Shown in pieces: positions 49,265 through 58,062 of a stretch of 64,000 nucleotides of DNA. The translations under genes were made by a program, and so were the position numbers. Source of the DNA: an uncultured bacterium (GTDB lineage Bacteria; Chloroflexota; Dehalococcoidia; Dehalococcoidales; RBG-16-60-22); the NCBI GenBank assembly GCA_965369965.1, contig CBDUSH010000001.1, forward strand, positions 20,269 to 84,268, read 5' to 3'. Under the pieces are notes generated by a model, which worked only from the letters and a program-made list of their open reading frames with translations, was not told where the DNA came from and searched no databases. Position 1 is the first letter of the stretch. Each line of letters begins with the position of its first letter.

Positions 49265-49633
49265 CTAATTGTCCTTGAATCGCTCCTTTAGTATCTCCTG
49301 AATCTTCTCATCTACTGTTTCTGCTTCTTTAACTACCCGACTCATCTCATGCTTCAGTTTTCGGAATTCTTCAATGTAGTAACTACTGTATAGTTGTCTT
49401 CCTTTCCTCCAACCCATGAGCCAAGCTATCAACAACCCAAAAATGGCAATTGGTGCCACAATCGTCGTGCTAGCCCCTCCAAATAGAAGGAAAACGACGA
49501 GGATTAGTACGGCAAACAGCGCTACGGCAACATCTAGGTCCCACCTTCCTGAGTTTGCTCTATCCCTTGCCGTCTGGGAAGCTATACGTTCCATTTCAGT
49601 TATAGCTTGTTTTTCTGCTTCTGATTCACTCAT
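49265..49633 (-). CDS. hypothetical small membrane protein (two predicted TM helices) in a low-GC islet
   Basis: 122 aa with two hydrophobic stretches (VAVALFAVLILVVFLLFGG and IVAPIAIFGLLIAWLMGW). I recognise no family. Confidence 0.5.
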   Translation of the reverse strand: MSESEAEKQAITEMERIASQTARDRANSGRWDLDVAVALFAVLILVVFLLFGGASTTIVAPIAIFGLLIAWLMGWRKGRQLYSSYYIEEFRKLKHEMSRVVKEAETVDEKIQEILKERFKDN

Positions 49634-49993
49634 AGTAACTTCCTAAAACAATACCTCAATTATCGTATCCTAACACTACTTCACATTTCGGGAGATTGTC
49701 AATACTAAAGAACAAACACTTTCACCAAGTCTAATTCCAGGTTCGCATTAGCTACAAAGGATAAATCCCTCACGACCGGACACAGACACGCCGGAATCTC
49801 GCTACAGGGCTTCCCGCAAGGCTAAGAACGGGTGTATAAGACGTTACGGGCATATCTGAAATAGTTGGTAGATATGAAGGAATGTCACCGGGGAAGTGTC
49901 TTCTCATAGATTTGACCTATATCCAGCAAAATGTTAAGCAAAACACTGGCAATCGTGGACTTTCAAGGCAAGATGGACTAAAATCAATACAAC

Positions 49994-50068
49994 GCCAGCG
50001 TAGCTCAGTGGTAGAGCAGCGGTTTCGTAAACCGCAGGCCAAGAGTTCGACCCTCTTCGCTGGCTCCA
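49994..50068 (+). tRNA. tRNA-Thr (anticodon CGU), CCA encoded
   Basis: It folds by hand into a cloverleaf: acceptor GCCAGCG/CGCTGGC, D-arm GCTC/GAGC, anticodon arm GCGGT-TTCGTAA-ACCGC, T-arm AAGAG-TTCGACC-CTCTT, discriminator T, then CCA. Confidence 0.93.
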
Positions 50069-50085
50069 TTTTTTTGGAGTAGGCC

Positions 50086-50913
50086 ATGGCCGGGTTATTT
50101 TTCGGGACGGCGGGCATACCCCGCAGCACCCGTCCTGAATCTACCGTCTCCGGTATCGAACGTATCGTTGAGCTTGGGCTCGACTGCATGGAGATAGAGT
50201 TTGTCCGGGGAGTGCGGATGGGGGAAGACAGTGCCCGGCGGGTAGCTGAGACGGCTGACCGGCTCGGCGTCAGGCTCTCGGCGCACGCTCCTTACTTTAT
50301 CAACCTTAATTCCCATGAACCGGAAAAAATCACTGCCAGCCAGGAAAGAATTCTGCAAACGGCCCGTATCGCCCACCTCTGCCACGCTCACTCTGTCGTT
50401 TTCCACGCCGCTTTTTACTTGGGTGACCCGCCGGAAAAAGTCTATCGGACCACCCGTAATTATCTCGCCGAAATAATGAACCGGCTGAAGCGGGTAAACA
50501 ATCCCATCCTGGTCAGGCCGGAGGTCACCGGTAAACCCACCCAGTTCGGCGATATTGAAGAGGTGCTCGGCCTCAGCGCCGAACTGGAAAGAGTCGCTCC
50601 CTGCATCGATTTTTCGCACTGGCATGCCCGTACCGGCCTCTTCAATACCTACCCGGAATTCAAATCTGTCCTGCTCCGTATCGAAGAACGGCTCGGCCGC
50701 GAGGCGCTGGAGAATATACACATCCATGTCGCCGGCATCCACTACGGTAAAAAGGGAGAATTGAGGCACCTTAACTTTGCCGATTCAGATTTCAACTACC
50801 GTGATTTCCTCCGCGCCCTGAAGGATACCGGTGCCGGCGGTACGGTTATTTGTGAAAGCCCCAATCTGGAAGAAGACGCCCTGCTCCTGCAGGCGGCGTA
50901 CCGCAGCCTCTAG
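50086..50913 (+). CDS. xylose-isomerase-like TIM-barrel protein / AP endonuclease family 2 (endonuclease IV-related)
   Basis: 275 aa with the pattern G.ERIVELGLDCMEIEF...LSAHAPYFINL...HSVVFH, typical of the Nfo/AP-endonuclease-2 fold. Confidence 0.65.
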   Translation: MAGLFFGTAGIPRSTRPESTVSGIERIVELGLDCMEIEFVRGVRMGEDSARRVAETADRLGVRLSAHAPYFINLNSHEPEKITASQERILQTARIAHLCHAHSVVFHAAFYLGDPPEKVYRTTRNYLAEIMNRLKRVNNPILVRPEVTGKPTQFGDIEEVLGLSAELERVAPCIDFSHWHARTGLFNTYPEFKSVLLRIEERLGREALENIHIHVAGIHYGKKGELRHLNFADSDFNYRDFLRALKDTGAGGTVICESPNLEEDALLLQAAYRSL

Positions 50914-51414
50914 ATACGGATTTGCCCGTTCCCGGCATTCCGGAGGACGCTCCTCCGGTAACGGGGTCATCGTGCCGCCATTTCAGCCAAAACGCCGGTA
51001 ATCACATCCCAGTATCGGCGGTGTTTTTTCCACCTTCAACGGGCCAGTATATGCCAGAAAAAGCGCCCTGCAGGGCAGAAAAGTTACCCTTAACCGCCAA
51101 GAAACCGTATCAGCCAACATGCCGAATAAACCGTTCGCCCATCAGGAAGTTTGACAGGTTCTCCCATTTTTTGCTATATTAGCACGAAGGATTTTCACAT
51201 TAGAGCGCTTCCGTTAGGCGCGGTTTGACGCTCAAAATTGATGAAAAGGGAGTTGGAATAGCATAGAATAGGCAACTAACGGACAGAGAAATTTCCTTAA
51301 CTTGCTTCTGCCAAATTAGCCGTCGTATTCCATCGCTAGAATCACTCTAAACTTTCCCCACTGATTTTACCGATTATCGGATTATTGCTGCGTTTATTGA
51401 CCGGGAGGATAAAA

Positions 51415-52632
51415 TTGTCTGAAAACGGAAGTAAAATATGGTGCCGGAACCTGTGGAAGGTATTTGGTCCTCATCCTGATGCAATTATCGATTCGGCCAG
51501 TGCCGGTTCCACCAAAGAGCAAATACTGGAAGAGACCGGGCATGTCATCGCCGTCAAAGACGTTTCCTTTGAAGTAAAAGAAAACGAGATATTCGTTGTC
51601 ATGGGCCTTTCCGGCAGCGGTAAATCAACCCTTATCCGCTGTATAAACCGGCTCATTGAGCCTACCAGAGGCGCCGTGTGTATTGAGGGTGATGATATCG
51701 CCCAGATGGATGACGCCGACCTGAGGTATCTTCGCCGCCATAAATTGAGCATGGTGTTTCAGAACTTCGGCCTGCTGCCTCACCGCACGGTGCTGGATAA
51801 CGTTGCCTTCGGCCTGGAAGTCAGGGGAGAAGGCCGGAAGGAAAGGCACGAGAAAGCCCTGCAGACACTGGAACAGGTGGGGCTGAAAGGGTGGGAGAAA
51901 AACCATATCCATGAACTTAGCGGCGGTATGCAGCAGCGTGTCGGACTGGCCCGGGCGCTGGCTTCGGGAGCTGAGACGCTCCTCATGGACGAGGCTTTCA
52001 GTGCCCTCGACCCACTGATTCGCCGCCAGATGCAGGATGAGTTCTTGAATCTGCACACCACGGTGAAGCGGACGGTGATTTTTATCACTCACGACCTCGC
52101 TGAAGCACTGAAGCTTGGCGATCGCATTGCCATTATGCGGGACGGTGAAATCGTCCAGATCGGCAGCCCTGAAGAAATTGTTACCAGACCGGCCGATGAC
52201 TACGTCAGCGAATTTGTCCGGGATGTCCCTATGGGGAAAGTACTCTCCGCGCAGACTATTATGGAGCAGCCTTCCACGGTGATTCAAAGCGACCAGAGTA
52301 TTGAGGACGCCATTGAAGCCATGAGGCTGAAAGAAGGCGATTGGACTTTCATTATTGATGCTACCGGGAGGGTTAAAGGCACCCTGACACTGGAAGATGC
52401 CCGCGTCGCTGCGGGTAAGGGGCTGTCCAGTGCGGGAGAGGCCGCCCGGTCGGAGTTTGCCAGCACCGCGCCGGATGTCACCCTTGAACAGTGCCTCAGT
52501 CTGGTAACGGGAGAGAGTAATATCCCGGTGGCGGTCGTGGATGATGAACGCCGCCTGCTCGGGATCATCACCCGGCCGGCCCTCTTTGAAGCTATCCAAA
52601 CGGACAGCACCAGTAATGACAAACAGAACTGA
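51415..52632 (+). CDS. proV: glycine betaine/proline ABC transporter ATP-binding protein with C-terminal CBS pair
   Basis: It has Walker A GLSGSGKST, the signature LSGGMQQRVGLARAL and Walker B LLMDEAFSALD. I prefer the TTG start at 51415 with GGGAGGA 5 nt upstream. The listed start at 51385 is possible. Confidence 0.9.
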   Translation: MSENGSKIWCRNLWKVFGPHPDAIIDSASAGSTKEQILEETGHVIAVKDVSFEVKENEIFVVMGLSGSGKSTLIRCINRLIEPTRGAVCIEGDDIAQMDDADLRYLRRHKLSMVFQNFGLLPHRTVLDNVAFGLEVRGEGRKERHEKALQTLEQVGLKGWEKNHIHELSGGMQQRVGLARALASGAETLLMDEAFSALDPLIRRQMQDEFLNLHTTVKRTVIFITHDLAEALKLGDRIAIMRDGEIVQIGSPEEIVTRPADDYVSEFVRDVPMGKVLSAQTIMEQPSTVIQSDQSIEDAIEAMRLKEGDWTFIIDATGRVKGTLTLEDARVAAGKGLSSAGEAARSEFASTAPDVTLEQCLSLVTGESNIPVAVVDDERRLLGIITRPALFEAIQTDSTSNDKQN

Positions 52633-52676
52633 CCGGTCGGGCGTTTCAGAATTACCCCTTAGAAAGGTGAAAGAAT

Positions 52677-53546
52677 ATGTTTGAGTTTCCGGAAGCCCTG
52701 GTTATCGGTAGAAGTATATCAAAATGGATTGACCAGATGGTGGACTGGGTGGTCGTTAACTGGGATCCCTTTTTCTCGGCAATTAACATCGGGGTGCTGC
52801 GCATCCTGGTTCCCTTTCAGGAATTTTTGCAGTGGCTTCCCTGGTGGTTTGTTATCATTATGGTCGGTATCCTCGCCTGGCGCATGGTAAGTATGAAATT
52901 CGGCATTGTCGCTGCCGGCTTACTGCTCGTGACGGCTTTCCTGGGGCTGCTTGACCTGGCCATGATTACCCTGGCCATCGTTTTAACGGCGGCTCTGCTC
53001 TGCGTGGTCATCGGCCTGCCGGTGGGCATCGCCGCCGCCAAGAATAACCGCTTTGACAGTATTATGCGGCCGATACTGGACAGTATGCAGACCATGCCCA
53101 GCTTTGTTTACCTTATCCCGGCGCTGATGCTCTTCGGACTGGGCAAGACACCGGCCGTCATGGCAACCATGATTTACGCCCTCCCTCCCATTATCCGCCT
53201 CACCAACCTGGGTATCAGGCAGGTGGACCCTTCGGTGGTTGAAGCCGGGCGGGCTTCCGGTACCACTTCCTGGCAGTTGCTCAGTAAAATCCAGATACCT
53301 CTGGCCCTGCCTACCATTCTGGCCGGCTTGAACCAGACCATCATGATGGCGCTGGCCATGGTGGTTATCGCTTCCATGATTGGCGCCAGAGGCCTGGGTA
53401 TCGAGGTGCTTAACGGCATCGCCCGGCTGGAAGTGGGCCGGGGATTCCTCGGCGGTATCAGTATCGTCTTCCTGGCCGTCATTCTAGACCGTATCAGCCA
53501 GGGATTTGCTTCCCGTAAATCGCAAACCCGTTCCATTTCCGGATAA
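52677..53546 (+). CDS. proW: glycine betaine/proline ABC transporter permease
   Basis: It is multi-TM with an EAA-type loop (VEAGRASGTTSWQLLSKIQIPLALP). Confidence 0.9.
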   Translation: MFEFPEALVIGRSISKWIDQMVDWVVVNWDPFFSAINIGVLRILVPFQEFLQWLPWWFVIIMVGILAWRMVSMKFGIVAAGLLLVTAFLGLLDLAMITLAIVLTAALLCVVIGLPVGIAAAKNNRFDSIMRPILDSMQTMPSFVYLIPALMLFGLGKTPAVMATMIYALPPIIRLTNLGIRQVDPSVVEAGRASGTTSWQLLSKIQIPLALPTILAGLNQTIMMALAMVVIASMIGARGLGIEVLNGIARLEVGRGFLGGISIVFLAVILDRISQGFASRKSQTRSISG

Positions 53547-53687
53547 TTAATTTAGCTTCTTTTACAGAACGAAAATTTGAGAGGAGGTGAACCGGACACA
53601 AAAAATAGATTTGTCATGTGAGTTATATTACGGCCTGAACAAGGTCTAATCAGGATATAAATATATAATTTAGGAGGTAACCTATTC

Positions 53688-54860
53688 ATGAACGGAAAGC
53701 GTCATAAGACGCACAGACTGATATCAATCACCATGTTATTGCTGGTGGCGGCATTGGCGCTGGGAAGTGTTCTGGCCGGCTGTGCGGAACCTACCCCGGC
53801 TCCAGCGCCCGCTCCCGCACCAGCGCCCGCCCCTGCCCCGGCTCCGGTTCCGGCTCCCGCCCCCGCTCCGGCGCCCGCGCCCGCTCCGGCACCGGCTCCC
53901 GCTCCCGCCCCGGAAGAGCCTGAAGAAAAGCCTACCATCAAATTTGCCGATACCCAGTTTGAATCCCTCTGGATTAACAACGCCATCGCCAAATTTGTCA
54001 TCGAGGAAGGCTACGGCTACCCGGTGGAGACCATCGAGATGACCACCCCCATCTTCCAGGTAACCCTCGCCAAGGGTGAAATCCACGTGATGATGGAGTT
54101 ATGGTCGCAAAACCTTCTCGACTGGTATAACGAGGAAACCGCCGCCGGGAACATTGAGGACCTGGGTATGACCTATGAAGGCGGTCCCCAGTTCTTCATT
54201 ATTCCCCAGTGGATGCACGAGGAATACGGTATCAACACTATCTTCGACATGAAAGACCACTGGGAGCTCTTCCAAGACCCGGAAGACCCGGATAAGGGCG
54301 CGTTCATCAACTGCGTCATCGGCTGGCAGTGCGCCGAAATCAACGAAGTGAAGCTGGAAGCGTACGGCCTGACCGAATACTACAACATCATCTCGCCGGG
54401 CAGCTCCGGAGCCCTGGACGCCGGTCTGTCCGGTCCGCAGAAGAAGGGCAAACCCGTATTCGGCTATCACTGGTCGCCCACCGCCATCATGGGGGCCTAT
54501 GACTGGTACATCCTGGAAGAGCCGGAATATGACGCCGCCATCTGGGATGAAATCACCGCTGCCCGTGAGGACAAGAGCCTCAGGCCCCTCTCTGAAGCTA
54601 CCGCCTACGAGACAATACCCACCAACAAGGGCATCCACCCCAGCCTCCGTGAGATTGCCCCGGACGTCGTCGCCATGCTCGAGAAAATGAACGTCAGCGT
54701 GCAGCCCATCAACGTCACCGCTGCTTGGGCTTCGGAAACCGATGTTCAGGACTGGGAGTTGGCCGCCATCTACTACCTGGAGAACTACGAAGATCTCTGG
54801 TCCACCTGGGTCACTGACGAGGCCTACGCCGGGATAAAAGACGCCTTGGCGGCACAATAG
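53688..54860 (+). CDS. proX: glycine betaine ABC transporter substrate-binding lipoprotein with a long (Pro-Ala)n tether
   Basis: It has a signal peptide with the lipobox LAGC, then ~40 aa of PA repeats, then a ProX-type binding domain. It is the third gene of the proVWX cluster. Confidence 0.85.
   Translation: MNGKRHKTHRLISITMLLLVAALALGSVLAGCAEPTPAPAPAPAPAPAPAPAPVPAPAPAPAPAPAPAPAPAPAPEEPEEKPTIKFADTQFESLWINNAIAKFVIEEGYGYPVETIEMTTPIFQVTLAKGEIHVMMELWSQNLLDWYNEETAAGNIEDLGMTYEGGPQFFIIPQWMHEEYGINTIFDMKDHWELFQDPEDPDKGAFINCVIGWQCAEINEVKLEAYGLTEYYNIISPGSSGALDAGLSGPQKKGKPVFGYHWSPTAIMGAYDWYILEEPEYDAAIWDEITAAREDKSLRPLSEATAYETIPTNKGIHPSLREIAPDVVAMLEKMNVSVQPINVTAAWASETDVQDWELAAIYYLENYEDLWSTWVTDEAYAGIKDALAAQ
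53794..53914. repeat. hexanucleotide (GCNCCN) low-complexity repeat encoding (AP)n
   Basis: The encoded sequence is PAPAPAPAPAPAPAPAPVPAPAPAPAPAPAPAPAPAPAP. Confidence 0.9.
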
Positions 54861-54873
54861 TTTCGTGATGTTC

Positions 54874-54912
54874 GGCGCCTCCGGATTTTATCCGGGGGCG
54901 CCGGCGCTTTTT
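54874..54912 (+). terminator. intrinsic terminator after proX
   Basis: A 12-bp stem GGCGCCTCCGGA / TCCGGGGGCGCC (one G-U pair) has a TTTTA loop. A T5 run follows 5 nt downstream. Confidence 0.65.
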
Positions 54913-54947
54913 CGCCATTTCACGCCTCGCAGACACTAATCTTCTTG

Positions 54948-55008
54948 TTCAATCCAAAACTTTCGGGTCGGCAAAACCTTTTCTTTCTCAATCCAAAACT
55001 TTCAGGTC
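54948..55008. repeat. two direct copies (39-bp period) of (T/C)TCAATCCAAAACTTTC(G/A)GGTC upstream of ftsH
   Basis: Copies lie at 54948-54969 and 54987-55008 and match at 20/22 positions. Confidence 0.8.
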
Positions 55009-55125
55009 TGTAAAATGTAAAACCCTCTCTCCGGGTATCCTGCGCCGGGCCGCCTCGTTTTCCTATTGGTAATGTTTCTGTTATACTTAATGGAGTAGTT
55101 GATAACCGTTATTTTGAGGTGAAAC

Positions 55126-57060
55126 GTGAAACCGAGTTGGGGACGTAACAGTTTAATATATATCGCCATTCTGCTGGCGGCGGTGGCTCTCTTCTCTTAT
55201 CTGCTGCCTTCGGCCGAGAAGCCGGAAGAAGTACCCTTGAGTAAAGTCATCGCCATGTCGCAGAGCAACGAAATTGCCCGCATCGAGATTGAAGAGGCGC
55301 AGCTTCTGGTGACCACCATTGGCGGCACCGAACTGATAACCTTCAAGGAAAGCAACTCCAGTATCTACGAGATCGAAGGGCTGGACCTCGATGGAATAGT
55401 AGTTGACATAAAAGGCTCAACAGGTATCAACTGGGGCGGGTTGCTGCTGAATTTCCTGCCCCTGATAATATTTGGCGGTCTCCTGTTTTTCCTCTTCCGC
55501 CAGGCGCGCGGCGCCAACAGCCAGGCGATGAGCTTTGGCCGCAGTCGGGCGCGGTTATTCCCGGCCAACCGCACCACGGTTACCTTTGATGACGTGGCCG
55601 GGGTAGAAGAAGCCAAGGAAGACCTTCGTGAAGTGGTCGAATTTCTGAAAGCGCGGGAGAAATTCGAGCGCCTGGGGGCGCGTATTCCCAGGGGCGTCCT
55701 GCTCATCGGCCCTCCCGGCACGGGAAAGACCCTGATGGCGAGAGCCATCGCCGGCGAAGCTGATGTACCCTTCTTTTCCATCAGCGGCAGTGAATTCGTG
55801 GAGATGTTTGTCGGCGTCGGCGCTGCCCGGGTGCGTGACCTGTTTGACCAGGCCAAGCGAAACGCGCCCTGCATTATCTTTATTGACGAAATTGACGCCG
55901 TCGGGCGCCACCGCGGCTCTGGTCTCGGCGGCAGCCATGATGAGCGCGAACAGACGCTCAATCAGATTCTGGTGGAAATGGACGGCTTTGAGACCGGCAC
56001 CAGCGTCATTGTCCTTGCCGCCACCAACCGGCCTGACATCCTTGACCCCGCCCTGCTCCGCCCCGGACGTTTTGACCGCCGGGTGATTATGGACAAACCT
56101 GATATCACCGGTCGACTGGCCATCCTCAAGGTCCATGCCAGTGGTAAGCCCCTCGAAAAGAAGGCCGACCTGGCAGTCCTGGCCAAAAGCACCATCGGCT
56201 TCAGCGGCGCTGATCTGGCCAACCTGATCAACGAGGCGGCTATCATGGCTGCCCGGCGCGGTAAAAAAGCCATCGGCCTGAAAGAATTTGAGGAATCCGT
56301 GGACCGCGTCATTGCCGGCCCGGAAAGAAAGAGCCGCCGCATAAACCCCCAGGAAAAGGAAATAACCGCCTATCATGAGGCCGGACACGCCCTGGTGGCG
56401 CGGATACTGCCTAACGCTGACCCGGTGCACAAGGTTTCCATCGTGGCGCGCGGTATGTCTCTCGGTCACACCCGCCAGCTGCCCACCGAAGACCGCTATC
56501 TCATGACCCGGGCTCAGTTCAAGGATACGCTGGCCACCCTTCTCGGCGGCCAGACGGCTGAGGAACTGACCTTTAACGAGATTACCACCGGGGCGCAGAA
56601 CGATATTGAACAGGCCACCAAGCTGGCCCGGGCGATGGTCACCACCTTCGGCATGAGTGAAAAACTGGGCCCACGCACCTTCGGGCACCGCGAAGAGATG
56701 ATCTTCCTGGGGCGTGAAATCTCCGAACAGAGGGACTACAGCGATAAAATTGCCGAACAGATAGACGACGAAGTTTTTCGTATCATCCACGAAGCGCATC
56801 AGGTGGCGCGGCAAGTGCTGACTGAAAACAAGGCAAAACTGGTCCTCATGGCGGAAACCCTCATTACCCGGGAAACGCTGGAAGCTAAAGACATGGACGA
56901 CATCTTCGGTGATAAACCGCCGCGGCCCGCCCGGAAAAAGAAACTGGCCACAACCACTCCGGCGCCCATTGAGCCGGCGGCGGAAACCGAAAAGGAAGTC
57001 AAACCCGGCAAAACCACCGCCGTGCCCCGCCTTGTCCCCAAACAGACCCCGGCTGACTAG
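55126..57060 (+). CDS. ftsH: ATP-dependent zinc metalloprotease FtsH
   Basis: It has an N-terminal TM, Walker A GPPGTGKT, the SRH region and the zinc motif HEAGHAL. The GTG start follows GAGGTG. Confidence 0.96.
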   Translation: MKPSWGRNSLIYIAILLAAVALFSYLLPSAEKPEEVPLSKVIAMSQSNEIARIEIEEAQLLVTTIGGTELITFKESNSSIYEIEGLDLDGIVVDIKGSTGINWGGLLLNFLPLIIFGGLLFFLFRQARGANSQAMSFGRSRARLFPANRTTVTFDDVAGVEEAKEDLREVVEFLKAREKFERLGARIPRGVLLIGPPGTGKTLMARAIAGEADVPFFSISGSEFVEMFVGVGAARVRDLFDQAKRNAPCIIFIDEIDAVGRHRGSGLGGSHDEREQTLNQILVEMDGFETGTSVIVLAATNRPDILDPALLRPGRFDRRVIMDKPDITGRLAILKVHASGKPLEKKADLAVLAKSTIGFSGADLANLINEAAIMAARRGKKAIGLKEFEESVDRVIAGPERKSRRINPQEKEITAYHEAGHALVARILPNADPVHKVSIVARGMSLGHTRQLPTEDRYLMTRAQFKDTLATLLGGQTAEELTFNEITTGAQNDIEQATKLARAMVTTFGMSEKLGPRTFGHREEMIFLGREISEQRDYSDKIAEQIDDEVFRIIHEAHQVARQVLTENKAKLVLMAETLITRETLEAKDMDDIFGDKPPRPARKKKLATTTPAPIEPAAETEKEVKPGKTTAVPRLVPKQTPAD

Positions 57061-57072
57061 CCGCTCGCCGGG

Positions 57073-58062
57073 CTATTTGTCCCGGGTAATAATGAAATCG
57101 GCGAGCGTTTCCATCACCGGACGGCTGCTGCTCTCCGGCAGTTGACTCAGGATTTGCCGTGCTTTGTGGCAGTAGCCGGAAGCGATTTTGTAGCATTCGT
57201 CGGTGATTGACGAGTTACACACCATGTCTATCGCCCGGGCGATGTTTTGCTCCCGGTCGATGTTATGAAACACTTTCGTTATCGGGTTGTCCTGGGGATA
57301 GTGCTCCGCGAGCAGCATGGCGGGCAAGGTCAGTGTTCCCTGTGCCAGGTCGGAGCCAACCGGCTTCCCCAGCGCCTGCTCGGTACTGATAAAATCAAGA
57401 ATATCATCCACCACCTGGAAAGCGATGCCCAGGTTATAACCGTACTCTTTCAGCAGGCAGACGGACGCCTCCGGGGCTTTGCTCAGGATAGCTCCTGATT
57501 CCGTCGATAAAGAAAACAGGGAAGCGGTCTTGCCGGAGATTCGCTGGAAGTAGTCTTCCTGGGTCTGGTCCGCCTTGAACGCCCCCAGCAGCTGGTTGAT
57601 TTCTCCGCTGGAGATGGTAGCCAGCGTCTGCGAGAAAAGCTTGGTTACCCGCGGGCTTTGCGTATCGGACACCGCCTCGCCGGCCTTGGCAAACAGGTAG
57701 TCCCCCAGCAGGATGGCGGTCTCCCCGCCCCATATCTTGTAAATGGTGGCTTTACCACGCCGCACGTCCGACTTGTCAATAGCGTCATCGTGCACCAGTG
57801 TCGCCGTATGCATGAGTTCGACGGCAGTCGCCATCGCCAGCAGGTATTCCAGGTTGTAATTGTAAAACTTACCGGCCAGTAACGTCAGCGCCGGGCGGAT
57901 TCCCTTGCCGGTGCTCTTGACCACGTAACCCAGTTGCTCGGAAAGCCAGTCAAAGTCAACCCGGGTAATCGCGTTCAGATTATCCTTTACTTTGCCCAGG
58001 TCGTCCTGGATAAAGCTGAATATCTCACCGAGCTCAAGCGCTCTCTTTTCTTTATGGTCCAT
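57073..58062 (-). CDS. polyprenyl diphosphate synthase (long-chain trans-IPPS, e.g. hepta/octaprenyl)
   Basis: It has the first Asp-rich motif LVHDDAIDKSDVRRG and the second motif VVDDILD. I prefer the start at Met-16 (58062). 58107 is possible. Confidence 0.85.
   Translation of the reverse strand: MDHKEKRALELGEIFSFIQDDLGKVKDNLNAITRVDFDWLSEQLGYVVKSTGKGIRPALTLLAGKFYNYNLEYLLAMATAVELMHTATLVHDDAIDKSDVRRGKATIYKIWGGETAILLGDYLFAKAGEAVSDTQSPRVTKLFSQTLATISSGEINQLLGAFKADQTQEDYFQRISGKTASLFSLSTESGAILSKAPEASVCLLKEYGYNLGIAFQVVDDILDFISTEQALGKPVGSDLAQGTLTLPAMLLAEHYPQDNPITKVFHNIDREQNIARAIDMVCNSSITDECYKIASGYCHKARQILSQLPESSSRPVMETLADFIITRDK

Noticed and set aside
50940-50958. Perfect 8-bp hairpin CCGGAGGA-CGC-TCCTCCGG after the endonuclease-IV-like gene, considered as a terminator
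   Set aside because: No U-tract follows it and the loop is only 3 nt. The evidence is insufficient for a terminator call.
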